DNA from: Dehalococcoidia bacterium
GTDB lineage: Bacteria > Chloroflexota > Dehalococcoidia > Plut-88900
Direction: 5' to 3'
DNA length: 64,000 bases
Assembly (NCBI GenBank): GCA_965197645.1
Contig: OZ240219.1
Span: 1,248,001 to 1,312,000, forward strand
In this document: positions 1 to 11,663 of the stretch, in pieces
Layout of the letters: every line of letters begins with the position of its first letter
Position numbering within the stretch: position 1 is the first letter of the stretch
Notes under the pieces: model-generated
Told to the model about the DNA's origin: nothing
Databases searched by the model: none
The model's input: the letters and a program-made list of their open reading frames with translations, nothing else
Made by a program: the position numbers and the translations under genes

Positions 1-148
1 GGCAGTACCGAGAAACCGCCAGTCGTTCCGGCCATCGAAATGGCCTGAGGTTCAAGACAATCGAAGCAGAGCTGCACTTTGAAAATCTCGCTGGAATGGT
101 TAGACTGGTAGGAGGCTCCAACACCGCACCGCAACGCCGGGGAAACAC

Positions 149-2212
<2,064 letters not shown>

Positions 2213-2224
2213 CCGTCTTATCGC

Positions 2225-2495
2225 GACCATCCCCCTGGCCCCCTTCCTGGCCAGGAAGGGGGCAGAAAAACAGATTATATTTGAGGGTGTCCCTCAAACT
2301 CCCGGCGAAGGGGCTTCGCCCCTCTGCACACCCCTTGTTCTACCAACCTGCTACTGCAGTTTGAGGTGGTGGAGAGCCGTCGGATGCAATCCGAGGTGGG
2401 CGGAAGCGTAAACCACTCAGGGAGGATATCGAGCCTATCCCACTACCCCGCATTGAGGGAGTCCAGAGGGTTTCTCTCCCTTGATGGCAGGCGGT
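2225..2495. repeat. Composite palindromic intergenic element (REP/MITE-like mosaic)
   Basis: Perfect 26-bp palindrome GCCCCCTTCCTGGCCAGGAAGGGGGC (2238-2263); hairpins TTTGAGGGTGTCCCTCAAA (2280-2298) and AGGGGCTTCGCCCCT (2309-2323); GGATGCAATCC..AAACCAC module at about 2370-2425; the same modules recur at seven other loci. Confidence 0.85.
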
Positions 2496-2547
2496 TGTGA
2501 ATAAGACACCTGTCCTTTCGCGACAAGCCCAGGTAGAGAGTCCAGAC

Positions 2548-2559
2548 GTGATTAATCAC
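2548..2559. promoter_or_regulatory. Perfect 12-bp palindrome, candidate operator
   Basis: GTGATTAATCAC immediately upstream of the AGGAG RBS of the 2577 ORF. Confidence 0.4.
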
Positions 2560-2576
2560 TACAGGAGAACGGTCAA

Positions 2577-3656
2577 ATGACAATGAACATAGCTCTTTCC
2601 CAGGAAGATTGGCCGTTGCAGCGCCGGTGCGAGTTCCTATCAAAGGTGTACGGGCTGTGGTCCACCGGCCTCACGCTCTCCAACTACGGATTAAACGGCG
2701 AGGAGGTGGTTACCCAGTGGAGCTATCGGATGATCCACAATCACCAGAGGGGCTATTTCCTGGAGGGCCTGAGGAAACTGGGCGTAGACCCGGAAAAGGA
2801 ACCCCCGGCTGTAGTGGCGGGTAAGTACCACTTCTTATCCAACGGCCTTGGCGGTCTGGACATGGAGTACGTGGAAGAGTCACCCAAGAAGGTCTGGATC
2901 CGCTATAACCCACCTTCTTCGGGTGGAAGTACGGGATCGCTAGTTATGCCACCCAGTGCGGGCCGGGCCACCTTTCAAGGCTGGCACGCCCGTAACGGTG
3001 AGCTATTGGGTAACCTGAAACTTGGATTCGTTCTCACCCGTGGATTCTCGGAGGAAGAGCCGTACGGCGAAGGGTACTTCAAGGAGTACGATCACGAGCT
3101 GGCACCCGAGGAGCGTATCCAGTACGACTCTGTCTCAAAAATGCCCGAGTTCGATCCCGAGACCGCCCCGAAGCTGGACTCGGAGGTCTGGCCTCCGGAC
3201 CGCCGGGCCAAGGCGTTGAGAAATTTCGCCAGGGGATACGTTGAAGAGTCGATAACCACTCATATGCAGATGATGGGCACTCACGCCACGGCCAGGGTCG
3301 TCGCAAAAGCATTTCGAGGCATCGCCATCCAGTTTGGCAGGGAGCTCCTAGGCGATTTGAACATCACGGAGAAGAGCGCTATGTCCCTGGCCATCTTTAC
3401 CAAGCTCATGGGGGACATGGAAGGGGATTCGATGGAGCTGACCTCTCCGTCCCCCGACGAGTATATTCTCAGACGGCACAGCAGGCGGCTTCTCCCACCG
3501 GGTTCGGCTCCGGCGGAGGTCCACCGGGCGATGTTCGCCTTCACGGAAACTCTGGCCAAGATAATGAACCTTCACCGAATCAAAGTCGGTCAGACCGCTT
3601 TGATGGACGAAGGGGCGCCATACGACGAGATCACTTTTCAAGAGCTGAGGCCCTGA
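2577..3656 (+). CDS. Conserved hypothetical protein
   Basis: 359 aa with RBS; blocks FLEGLRKLG, YHFLSN, EESPKKVWIRY, GWHARNG..LGN.KLGFV and EGYFKEYD resemble an uncharacterised bacterial family (recognised from memory, not searched). Confidence 0.8.
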   Translation: MTMNIALSQEDWPLQRRCEFLSKVYGLWSTGLTLSNYGLNGEEVVTQWSYRMIHNHQRGYFLEGLRKLGVDPEKEPPAVVAGKYHFLSNGLGGLDMEYVEESPKKVWIRYNPPSSGGSTGSLVMPPSAGRATFQGWHARNGELLGNLKLGFVLTRGFSEEEPYGEGYFKEYDHELAPEERIQYDSVSKMPEFDPETAPKLDSEVWPPDRRAKALRNFARGYVEESITTHMQMMGTHATARVVAKAFRGIAIQFGRELLGDLNITEKSAMSLAIFTKLMGDMEGDSMELTSPSPDEYILRRHSRRLLPPGSAPAEVHRAMFAFTETLAKIMNLHRIKVGQTALMDEGAPYDEITFQELRP

Positions 3657-3682
3657 TGACATCTGCCTCCTTCCAGAGAACC

Positions 3683-3808
3683 CAGCTGGCCGACGAATTA
3701 TGGGGTGTGCAGAGGGAAGATTCCCCGCTGGCGGGGGTCCCGGGGGAGTCCCCCGGATTCCTTTCTTACCCTTGCCTGGTCAGAAAGGCGGCTGAAGGGA
3801 GGGTCGGA
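3683..3808. repeat. Palindromic intergenic element, same family as 2225-2353 (opposite orientation)
   Basis: GGGGTGTGCAGAGGG..CCC..CTGGCGGGGGT, hairpin CCGGGGGAGTCCCCCGG, then CCTTGCCTGGTCAGAAAGG. Confidence 0.75.
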
Positions 3809-3882
3809 ACTATTATAAAAGGGGCCTAAACCTTCGCGATTGCGGTATAATCTATCCTGGCAAGAACACTAGAGGAGGCAAC

Positions 3883-4197
3883 ATGACAACAGCAACCGTG
3901 ACCGAAGAGCAAGTAGTCGACGCGCTCAGGGAGATATACGATCCCGAGATCCCCATTATCAACATCGTCGATCTCGGTTTGATCTACGAGGTTGAGGTGC
4001 ACGACAGCGAGGTCAACGTAGAAATGTCCTTGACCGCTCAGGGCTGTCCGATGTCCGGCACCATCAGCGCCACCTGCGAAGAAGCTATAGAGGCGATACC
4101 CGGAGTCGGCAACGCTACCGTGGACGTAGTTTGGGATCCCCCATGGAGCCCGGAGAAGATAACGGAAGAGGGCCGTAAAGCCCTGGGCTGGGAGTAA
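3883..4197 (+). CDS. DUF59/SufT-like metal-sulfur cluster assembly factor
   Basis: DPEIP..NIVDLGL, LTAQGCP, VWDPPW motifs; GGAGG RBS; TATAAT upstream. Confidence 0.93.
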   Translation: MTTATVTEEQVVDALREIYDPEIPIINIVDLGLIYEVEVHDSEVNVEMSLTAQGCPMSGTISATCEEAIEAIPGVGNATVDVVWDPPWSPEKITEEGRKALGWE

Positions 4198-4275
4198 TCT
4201 CCCAAGTCATCCCCACCTATCCCGTTCCCTTTACGTCTATTCTTCCGTTCGCACCACCCGAAGGAATGGCTATAC

Positions 4276-5103
4276 ATGGCTGAGCCTATAAAGCCGATTG
4301 TTGGCAAAAAAGAGGTGAGCGAGCAAGACAAGGCTCGCATCGAGGCGATGAAGCGCAACTGGGAGCAGAAGCGCAGAGTCGGACAGAACCTCGATAGGAT
4401 CAAGAACAAAGTCGCCGTCTACAGCGGCAAAGGCGGTGTGGGCAAGACCACCATAGCCGTCAACATCGCAGTGACTCTGGCCCAGCAGGGACACAGTGTC
4501 GGTCTGCTGGACGCGGACATAGACTGTCCCAACGTCATCCAGATGCTCCACATGCACACCGGTCCCGCCATGCAGGACGGACACATCCTCCCTGCCGAGA
4601 AGTACAACGTCAAGGTCATGTCCATGGGCTTCTTCCAGAAGGACCAGCAGGAGGCTATCATCTGGCGGGGCCCGATGATACACAACGCCATCAACCAGTT
4701 CCTGGAGATGACAGAGTGGGGCGATCTGGACTACCTGGTCGTCGACTTGCCTCCCGGCACCTCGGACGCTCCCCTTACCATCATGCAGGTGCTGAAGCTG
4801 GATGGGTTCATCGTGGTGACCACGCCCCAGGACCTGTCGGTCATCGACGCTATCCGCTCGATCAACATGATCAAGAAGATGAACGTCAACATCCTGGGTG
4901 TGGTGGAGAACATGTCGGGAGAGATCTTCGGATCGGGCGCCGGTGAGGAGATCGCCAAGCGGCTGGAGATCGATTACCTGGGCAGTCTGGAGATGGACAA
5001 GGTCTACAACGATATGTCCGGTCCGGTGGCCCTACGGGAAGAGCGGATCCGCAAGCAGTTCGATAAGCTGTTGGAGGGTGCTCTCTCCGGCCTGGAGCAG
5101 TAG
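4276..5103 (+). CDS. apbC: Mrp/NBP35 (ApbC) P-loop ATPase, lacking the CxxC motif
   Basis: SGKGGVGKTT, IWRGPM, WGDLDYLVVDLPPGTSD, VTTPQ, VVENMS. Confidence 0.92.
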   Translation: MAEPIKPIVGKKEVSEQDKARIEAMKRNWEQKRRVGQNLDRIKNKVAVYSGKGGVGKTTIAVNIAVTLAQQGHSVGLLDADIDCPNVIQMLHMHTGPAMQDGHILPAEKYNVKVMSMGFFQKDQQEAIIWRGPMIHNAINQFLEMTEWGDLDYLVVDLPPGTSDAPLTIMQVLKLDGFIVVTTPQDLSVIDAIRSINMIKKMNVNILGVVENMSGEIFGSGAGEEIAKRLEIDYLGSLEMDKVYNDMSGPVALREERIRKQFDKLLEGALSGLEQ

Positions 5104-5161
5104 TCCGGACCCAAATTGGTTCAGGCCCGGCCTCCGGCAGACGTGTCAGGTTAGAACAGGG

Positions 5162-7009
5162 TCATCTCCGAGGCTCGCCAGCGTCCTCGATCTCCATCGG
5201 TTTGGTGCGTCGGGGCAGCCTCCCCCTTATACTGCGGACCCCGCTCGAAACCCTGCCCTGCAGATAATTCACCTCTTTGTTTATGGCGGCTTTGAAATGG
5301 GAGCTGTATTCGCCCATCTTGCGGTACTTCTTGTATCGTTCCTTCACCAGCTTCTTGGCGGGAACGCCCTGCACCTCAAAGAGCTGGGCCACCAACATCC
5401 GCTGCAGCTGGGCAGCGGCTTCCTCGGGGCTGTTGTGGGCGCCTTGCGAAGGTTCCGGCACAACGACGTCCACTATCTCTAGCTGCATGCAGTCCTGGGC
5501 GGTGACCCTCAGCGCCGGGGTAACCTCTTCCGCCCTGTCCGGGTCTCGATAGAGCAGCGTTGCGGCTCCCTCGGGAGAGATGGGGGAGTAGATGGCGTTT
5601 TCGAGCATGAGGATAGAGTCCGCAACGCCCAGGGCGAGTGCGCCTTCGCTGCCGCCTTCTCCTATGATTACGGAGATCACGGGAGTTGGAAGATCGGAGA
5701 GGAGGGCCATTGTGGAGGCAATGCTGTTGCCCAGCCCTCGCTGCTCGGAGTCCAGGGAAGGCAGGGCGCCGGGCGTGTCGATAAAGGTGACCAGCGGGAG
5801 GTTGAAGCGAGCGGCCATGCGCATGGCCCGCTGCGCCTTTCTGAACCCATCAGGCCCGGAGCGGCCTTCGTTTCTCCGGGCAACTCCGGCGGCGTGGCCT
5901 CGCTCTTGACCTACTATCACAACAGGCTGGCCCCCCAAGTATCCCAGCCCGCACACAACTGCAGGATCATCGCCGTGGACCCGGTCGCCTGAAAGCTCGA
6001 TGAAGCTGGAGGAGATGCGGCTGATGTAGTCCAGGGAAGTGGGCCGGTCCTTGTGGCGGGCCAGTCTGACCCTCTCCCAGGCGGTCTGCTCGACGGCCCT
6101 AGTAAACGAGGGCCTCTTTCCCTTCTGGCGAAGGGTGAGCTTGTACTTGGACGCCAACATGTCGGCCAGGATCGAGAGCAGGTCGGTGAGACGCTCCCGC
6201 TCTACGATCATATCGATCATGCCGTGTTCCAGGTGGGCTTCGGCCGTGTGGGCGCCTTTCGGCAGCGGCTCTGAGGTGTGCTCTTCCACCATTCTGAGAG
6301 GAGCGAACCCGACCAAGGCTTCCGGCTCGGCGAGGATGATGTCGGCCATGTTGGCGAAGCTGGCATAGACGTGGCCGGAGGTTGGGTTGGCCATAACGGA
6401 TATGAATGGGATGCCGGCTTCCTGCAGCCGTTTGGCCGCAGCGGCCGTCTTGGCCATTTGCATCAGGGAGAGCACCCCTTCCTGTATCCTTGCTCCCCCG
6501 CTGGTTACGATGGCGATAAGAGGCAGCTTCTTCTTCTGGGCCGCCTCGAATGCCAGGGCTACCTTTTCCCCCACCACACAACCCATGCTCCCGCCCAGAA
6601 AACCGAAGTCCAGAACGATTATCACGGCCGGAGAGCCTTTGATCTCGCAGATGCCGGTCACCGCAGCCTCGGTGAGGCCGGTCAACCTCTGGGCCTCGAA
6701 CAGCTTCTTCTTATAGGACACGCCGCCGGAAAAGGAGAGGGGGTCCAGGGAGATGAGGGAATGATTGAGCTCCTTGAAGGTCCCCGGATCGGCCAAAAGG
6801 GATATCCGATCGCGAGCGGAGATGTTGTGGTGAAAGCCGCACTCGTGGCAGACCCATGTCCTCCGGTACCTATCGGACTGGGACAGGTCTGTGCCGCAGG
6901 AGAGGCAGACGAGCGGGTCCGGATCGGGGACGGCTTTAGTGTCACCGCCCCTTCCGATGAAGGAGCTCAGGAGGTCGGCCAGACCCCTGGCCCTTTGCTT
7001 GCTAGTCAT
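5162..7009 (-). CDS. accD: Acetyl-CoA carboxylase carboxyltransferase, fused beta (AccD) and alpha (AccA) subunits
   Basis: N-half CLSC..CHEC zinc finger, GGSMG, SGGARIQEG; C-half ARHKDRP, DDPA, FIDTPGA, GEGGSEGALA, ISPEG. Confidence 0.95.
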   Translation of the reverse strand: MTSKQRARGLADLLSSFIGRGGDTKAVPDPDPLVCLSCGTDLSQSDRYRRTWVCHECGFHHNISARDRISLLADPGTFKELNHSLISLDPLSFSGGVSYKKKLFEAQRLTGLTEAAVTGICEIKGSPAVIIVLDFGFLGGSMGCVVGEKVALAFEAAQKKKLPLIAIVTSGGARIQEGVLSLMQMAKTAAAAKRLQEAGIPFISVMANPTSGHVYASFANMADIILAEPEALVGFAPLRMVEEHTSEPLPKGAHTAEAHLEHGMIDMIVERERLTDLLSILADMLASKYKLTLRQKGKRPSFTRAVEQTAWERVRLARHKDRPTSLDYISRISSSFIELSGDRVHGDDPAVVCGLGYLGGQPVVIVGQERGHAAGVARRNEGRSGPDGFRKAQRAMRMAARFNLPLVTFIDTPGALPSLDSEQRGLGNSIASTMALLSDLPTPVISVIIGEGGSEGALALGVADSILMLENAIYSPISPEGAATLLYRDPDRAEEVTPALRVTAQDCMQLEIVDVVVPEPSQGAHNSPEEAAAQLQRMLVAQLFEVQGVPAKKLVKERYKKYRKMGEYSSHFKAAINKEVNYLQGRVSSGVRSIRGRLPRRTKPMEIEDAGEPRR

Positions 7010-7023
7010 CGAAGTAACGCCTG

Positions 7024-9969
7024 CTAGTCATCTAAGTAGCTGTCTGCGGTCTGCGGCTCTTTGATAACCTTCCGGGACTTGCCCGGCTCGCCCTCGCTTA
7101 CTATTCCCTGCTCTTCCAGTATATCTATCAGTTTCGCGGCTCGGGGATACCCGATGCCCAGGCGTCTCTGCAACAGGGATGTGGAGATGCTCTTGAGCCC
7201 CATGGCCAGGTCTCGGGCTTTGTTTGCCATGGGGTCCTCATCACGGACCTGTGTCGGAGTTTCAGAGCTTTCGGTAATCTCGTCCGCAGCTATGGGCAAC
7301 TCCAGCTGACCTCGCTGCTCCGTCCAATGATAGACCAGCCTATCCACCTCCTGGTCGGAGAGATAGACGCCCTGGAGCCGCCTGGGCTTGGAGGCGTCCG
7401 AGGGGAGGTAGAGCATGTCGCCCCGGCCCAGCAGCTTCTCGGCGCCGCCGGTATCCAGGATGACCCGGGAGTCCATCATGGAGGTAACGGCAAAGCTCAG
7501 CCTGGTGGGGAAGTTGGCCTTGATCAGCCCGGTAATGACGTCCACCGATGGTCGCTGCGTAGCTACTACCAGGTGAATGCCGGTGGCCCGCCCCATCTGG
7601 GCCAGCCTGGTCAGCGCCTGCTCCACGTCGAAGGGGGACATAGCCATCAGGTCCGCCAACTCGTCGATGACCACCACGAGGAAGGACATCTTTTGCGAGG
7701 GGTCAACCTTCTTGTTGTAGCTCTCTATGTTTCGGGCCGCCGCCGAGGCCATGACCTTGTAGCGCCGGTCCATCTCCTTGCAGACCCATTTCAGCGTGTC
7801 TACGACCTTCTCCATGTCCACGATGACGGGGGTCATCAGGTGAGGTATGGTGCTGAAGCCCACCAGCTCGACTCTCTTGGGGTCTATCAACACGAACCTG
7901 AGGTCCTCGGGGGTGTTGTGCATCAGAAGGCAGGAGATAATCGATGTTATCGCGACGCTCTTTCCGCTGCCCGTAGCTCCTGCTATCAGCAGGTGGGGCA
8001 TGCGGGCCAGGCTGTCTGCGACGACCTCTCCCGAGCTGCCTTGGCCCAAGGCGAGGGCCAACTTGGACTTGCCCAACATCTTCTGGAAATGAGGACTTCC
8101 GATAGCCTCCTTGAGACCGACCACGCCCATGGCTGCGTTGGGGACCTCTATGCCCACCAGCGCCTTGCCTGGGACCGGCGCCTCTATGCGTATGCTTGGC
8201 GCCGCCAAAGCCAGCGCCAAGTCCTTGTCCAGCGCCGCGACCTGGTCTACCTTGACCCTCTTCTTGGAGACCTCTTCCCTGTGGACGACGGGGTTCCCAT
8301 CGCTATCCACCTTGATCTTGCCCTCCTCGGTCCGCTCCTTGATCTCCTTGTACTTCCTGAACCAGCCAGGTTCGACCCCGAACTGAGTCACCGTGGGGCC
8401 CGGGTTTATCTGCGCCACCGTAACCTCGATTCCGTGGCTGGCCAAGGCCTCCTTGATCATATCGGCCCGCTGTTCGTTGTCGGCGGGTTGAAGCTCAACT
8501 TCCTCGACGGAGTCCAGCAAATCGATGGGCGGTAACTCGGACTCGGGGTCCGGCTTTTCCGTGCCATTGCCCGCGGTGGCCAAGTCCGCTTTGGGTAACA
8601 GCTCTATCTGCCCTCGCTCCACCTCCTCAGCTGAGTCTATCTGGTCCTCGCCATCGATTACGATGTTCAAGGCCGGCTCGGGCGAGACCTCACTCTGCTC
8701 CTGTGCGACCTCCTCATCTGAGTCCGTCCCGTCAACGCCATTGCTGCCTACATTCCAGGGGAGCTCGGGTGTGGCCTCCATCTGCTCCTCTGCCACGTCT
8801 TCGTCTGTATCTGTGTGCTCCTGGACATCGCCGCCGACGTTCCAGGGAGCCTCGGATGAGACCTCTTCCGGTTCCTGTACGGCCACCTCATCGGCATCCG
8901 TCCTGCCCTCACCATTGATTCCGACGTTCCAGGGAACCTCGGACGGAGCCTCTCTCTGTTCCTGTCCCACCTTCTCGTCGGAATCCGCCGTTACCACGCC
9001 ACTGATTCCGACGTTCCAGAGGAGCTCGGGTGGGACGGCTCTCCGCTCCTGCCCTACCACCTCGTAGGAATCTGTTTCTTCCTGGCCATCGCTGCCGACG
9101 TTCCAGGGGACCACTGGGGCGAACTCTCCATCTTCTAGCTCCGCCTCTTCATCGGTCGAGACCTCTTCTGTCACTCCCGTTATCGGAGTAGAGAGCGGGA
9201 CGGCGGGCTCCAGGGTGTCGGTCGCGCCCTGAGCAAACCTCATGGCATCAGAGTCGCCTTCATATGCCGGCTCTGGTTCGCGCTGGAGGGTGATTCCGTA
9301 GCCCATCCCACTGTAGTCCTTGCTAGACGAGAGAGAACCTATCCAGTGCTGCATTTTCCTGCGTTCTTGCCAATCCTTCAGAGCGCCAAGCGGCCGCCCA
9401 ACGGAACGGCCCAGAAGCACCAAGCATGTAGCGATTAGAGTCAGCCCTATCGCAATGAAGGTTGCTCCTGCTACACCGTACTTCCGGAAATGACGGGGTG
9501 ACGCCAGGAGAATGGTGCCCAGGCCTATACCCACCAGCACCAGGACTCCTATATAGTCCTGGTCTCCGATGATGGAGAGCCCCAGCTCGCCACCAAAGGT
9601 GGATTCGGAGAGAACACCCCGGTCGGACTGGAAAAAGGCCATCGAGCCGAAGATCAGGGCGCCGAAAGCCACATAGGCCAGCCACCTGTTGGCGTTGTAC
9701 CAGAGACTGCCGGGGTGCAGGTAGGCTACCACCAACCCTATCAGGATCATTGCTCCCACTGGCGCCATGGCAATTCCGAAGGTCGATAGAAGGGTGTCCC
9801 AAAAAAAGATAACGAGCGGGACCAATATTGCTGAAGCGACTAAGACCAGAATTGCCCAACGGTAAGACGGATTGTCCACCAGCACGTTGCCGAAATTGGA
9901 GCCGGTGGGGCCTCTGGAGGATGTATCGATGCCCAGATCAGCGTCTATACCGGATTGCATTCGAGCCAT
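7024..9969 (-). CDS. ftsK: DNA translocase FtsK/SpoIIIE
   Basis: N-terminal TM helices; PHLLIAGATGSGKS, IDPKRVEL, VIDELADLM, ATQRPSVDV, GAEKLLGRGDML; gamma domain LQRRLGIGYPRA. Confidence 0.97.
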   Translation of the reverse strand: MARMQSGIDADLGIDTSSRGPTGSNFGNVLVDNPSYRWAILVLVASAILVPLVIFFWDTLLSTFGIAMAPVGAMILIGLVVAYLHPGSLWYNANRWLAYVAFGALIFGSMAFFQSDRGVLSESTFGGELGLSIIGDQDYIGVLVLVGIGLGTILLASPRHFRKYGVAGATFIAIGLTLIATCLVLLGRSVGRPLGALKDWQERRKMQHWIGSLSSSKDYSGMGYGITLQREPEPAYEGDSDAMRFAQGATDTLEPAVPLSTPITGVTEEVSTDEEAELEDGEFAPVVPWNVGSDGQEETDSYEVVGQERRAVPPELLWNVGISGVVTADSDEKVGQEQREAPSEVPWNVGINGEGRTDADEVAVQEPEEVSSEAPWNVGGDVQEHTDTDEDVAEEQMEATPELPWNVGSNGVDGTDSDEEVAQEQSEVSPEPALNIVIDGEDQIDSAEEVERGQIELLPKADLATAGNGTEKPDPESELPPIDLLDSVEEVELQPADNEQRADMIKEALASHGIEVTVAQINPGPTVTQFGVEPGWFRKYKEIKERTEEGKIKVDSDGNPVVHREEVSKKRVKVDQVAALDKDLALALAAPSIRIEAPVPGKALVGIEVPNAAMGVVGLKEAIGSPHFQKMLGKSKLALALGQGSSGEVVADSLARMPHLLIAGATGSGKSVAITSIISCLLMHNTPEDLRFVLIDPKRVELVGFSTIPHLMTPVIVDMEKVVDTLKWVCKEMDRRYKVMASAAARNIESYNKKVDPSQKMSFLVVVIDELADLMAMSPFDVEQALTRLAQMGRATGIHLVVATQRPSVDVITGLIKANFPTRLSFAVTSMMDSRVILDTGGAEKLLGRGDMLYLPSDASKPRRLQGVYLSDQEVDRLVYHWTEQRGQLELPIAADEITESSETPTQVRDEDPMANKARDLAMGLKSISTSLLQRRLGIGYPRAAKLIDILEEQGIVSEGEPGKSRKVIKEPQTADSYLDD
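8587..9108 (-). repeat. Six intragenic 87-bp (29-aa) tandem repeats in the ftsK linker
   Basis: CCGACGTTCCAG-type cores at 9095, 9008, 8921, 8834, 8747 and 8660 (exact 87-bp period); protein unit PWNVG...(T/A)D(S/A/T).E.V..E.... Confidence 0.93.
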
Positions 9970-10002
9970 CTTTTCCTTCCTTTCTACTAGATTCTCATGT
10001 GC

Positions 10003-11658
10003 CTAAACCTCGAGGGTAATGGGTAGTATCATTGGTCTGCGTTTAGTACTCTTGAGATAGTATTTGCTCAGAGCGTGCTTGATTGAGGACTTGATAGGCT
10101 CGGCACCTGCGGTTGGCTTGGAGCCGTTTAGGGCCTCGCCCAAAACCTCCCGGGTGGCATCTATCATCGGTTTCAAGTCGGTGCCGTCCACGAAGCCGTG
10201 GGTAACTACATCCGGAGCTGAGAGGATCTCCCCCGTCTGTTTGTTTATAGCCAGGCTGACTATGACGACCCCGTCTCGAGCCAGGTCTCTCCGGTCTTGC
10301 AGCACGGTGCTGTCCAGCCCCCAAGCGCCAAGACCATCGACGTAGACCGGGCCTGCCTGAACGCGACCGGCAATGCTACCGCTGTCCGGGGTTAGCTCCA
10401 GCACGTCCCCGTCTTCCATTATGAAGACATCTTCGGGGTCGACGCCCAGAGATTCGGCCAGCTGGCCGTGAAGCACCAGGTGCCGGTACTCGCCGTGCAC
10501 GGGGACAAAGTATTGAGGCCTGGTAAGGCCGATCATCATCTTCAACTCTTCCTGGCTGGCATGGCCGTGCACGTGCACATCTTCGATCTTCTCGTAGAGA
10601 ACATTGGCGCCCTGGCGGAAGAGGTTATCGATGGTGTTCTGTATCAGAAGCTGGTTTCCCGGTATGGGGGTGGCCGAGATGACCACGGTATCGCCGGCCA
10701 CGATCTCCAGGCGTCTGTGGCCTCTGTTAGCCAACCGGGCCAGAGCGGACGACGGCTCGCCCTGGGTGCCGGTGAGGACTATGGCGACCCTGTCATGCGG
10801 CAGCGATAGTATCTCCTCCAGGCTGACTATGGTGCCCTCGGGAACGTCCAGGTAGCCCAGCCTGATGGCCATCTTGACCGTCTCCACCATGCTGCGGCCT
10901 TCGACACTCACTTTCCGGTTGTTCGCTACCGCTGCGTCGACAACCTGCTGGACACGGGACACCAGTGAGGCGAAGGTGGAGACGATGACCCGGCCCTCGG
11001 CCTTGGCCATTACCCGGTCCAGCGTATCGTCTATCTCCTTTTCAGACGGGGTGTACCCGGGTAGCTCGGCGTAGGTGGAATCCGACAGGAGGAGGAAGAC
11101 ACCCGCATCACCCAGGCTGGCGAGCTTGCCAAAATCGGATGCTCGGCCATCGACGGGGGTATGGTCGAACTTGAAGTCTCCGGTGTGTACCACCGTGCCG
11201 AGGGGGGTATCGATAGCCAGGCCCATGGCGTCCGGGATGCTGTGGCAGACCCGGAACATCTCCACCTGAAAGGCGCCCAGGTCCAATCTATCTCCCGGCC
11301 CGGCTTCCCGCAGGTCAGTGCCCTTGAGACAGCCGTGCTCCTTGAGCTTAACCGATATGAGTCCCTCGGCTAGCCGAGGAGCGTAGATCGGAGCGTCCAG
11401 ATCGGTGACTATGTAAGGCAGAGCGCCGGTGTGGTCTTCGTGCCCATGGGTGATGACTATCCCCCGGACCCTCTCCCGGTTCTCCCTCAGATACGATGCA
11501 TCCGGGACTATCAGGTCGATGCCCGGTTGGTCGGCGGCGGGGAACATAACGCCTGCGTCCACGACGATGATGTCATCATCGTACTCCAGCACCATCATGT
11601 TCTTGCCGATCTCGCCCAGGCCGCCTAGGGGGATCACTTTTAGCGCTTGTCTTGCCAT
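10003..11658 (-). CDS. rnj: Ribonuclease J
   Basis: PLGGLGEIGKN, THGHEDH, HTGDFK, GTQGEP, HVHGH, PVHGE, RRPMILP. Confidence 0.97.
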   Translation of the reverse strand: MARQALKVIPLGGLGEIGKNMMVLEYDDDIIVVDAGVMFPAADQPGIDLIVPDASYLRENRERVRGIVITHGHEDHTGALPYIVTDLDAPIYAPRLAEGLISVKLKEHGCLKGTDLREAGPGDRLDLGAFQVEMFRVCHSIPDAMGLAIDTPLGTVVHTGDFKFDHTPVDGRASDFGKLASLGDAGVFLLLSDSTYAELPGYTPSEKEIDDTLDRVMAKAEGRVIVSTFASLVSRVQQVVDAAVANNRKVSVEGRSMVETVKMAIRLGYLDVPEGTIVSLEEILSLPHDRVAIVLTGTQGEPSSALARLANRGHRRLEIVAGDTVVISATPIPGNQLLIQNTIDNLFRQGANVLYEKIEDVHVHGHASQEELKMMIGLTRPQYFVPVHGEYRHLVLHGQLAESLGVDPEDVFIMEDGDVLELTPDSGSIAGRVQAGPVYVDGLGAWGLDSTVLQDRRDLARDGVVIVSLAINKQTGEILSAPDVVTHGFVDGTDLKPMIDATREVLGEALNGSKPTAGAEPIKSSIKHALSKYYLKSTKRRPMILPITLEV

Positions 11659-11663
11659 GGGAC

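Noticed and set aside
1-148. LexA/SOS box upstream of uvrB; possible upstream CDS end at 1-48
   Set aside because: No convincing GAAC-N4-GTTC; the 15-codon fragment is too short to assign
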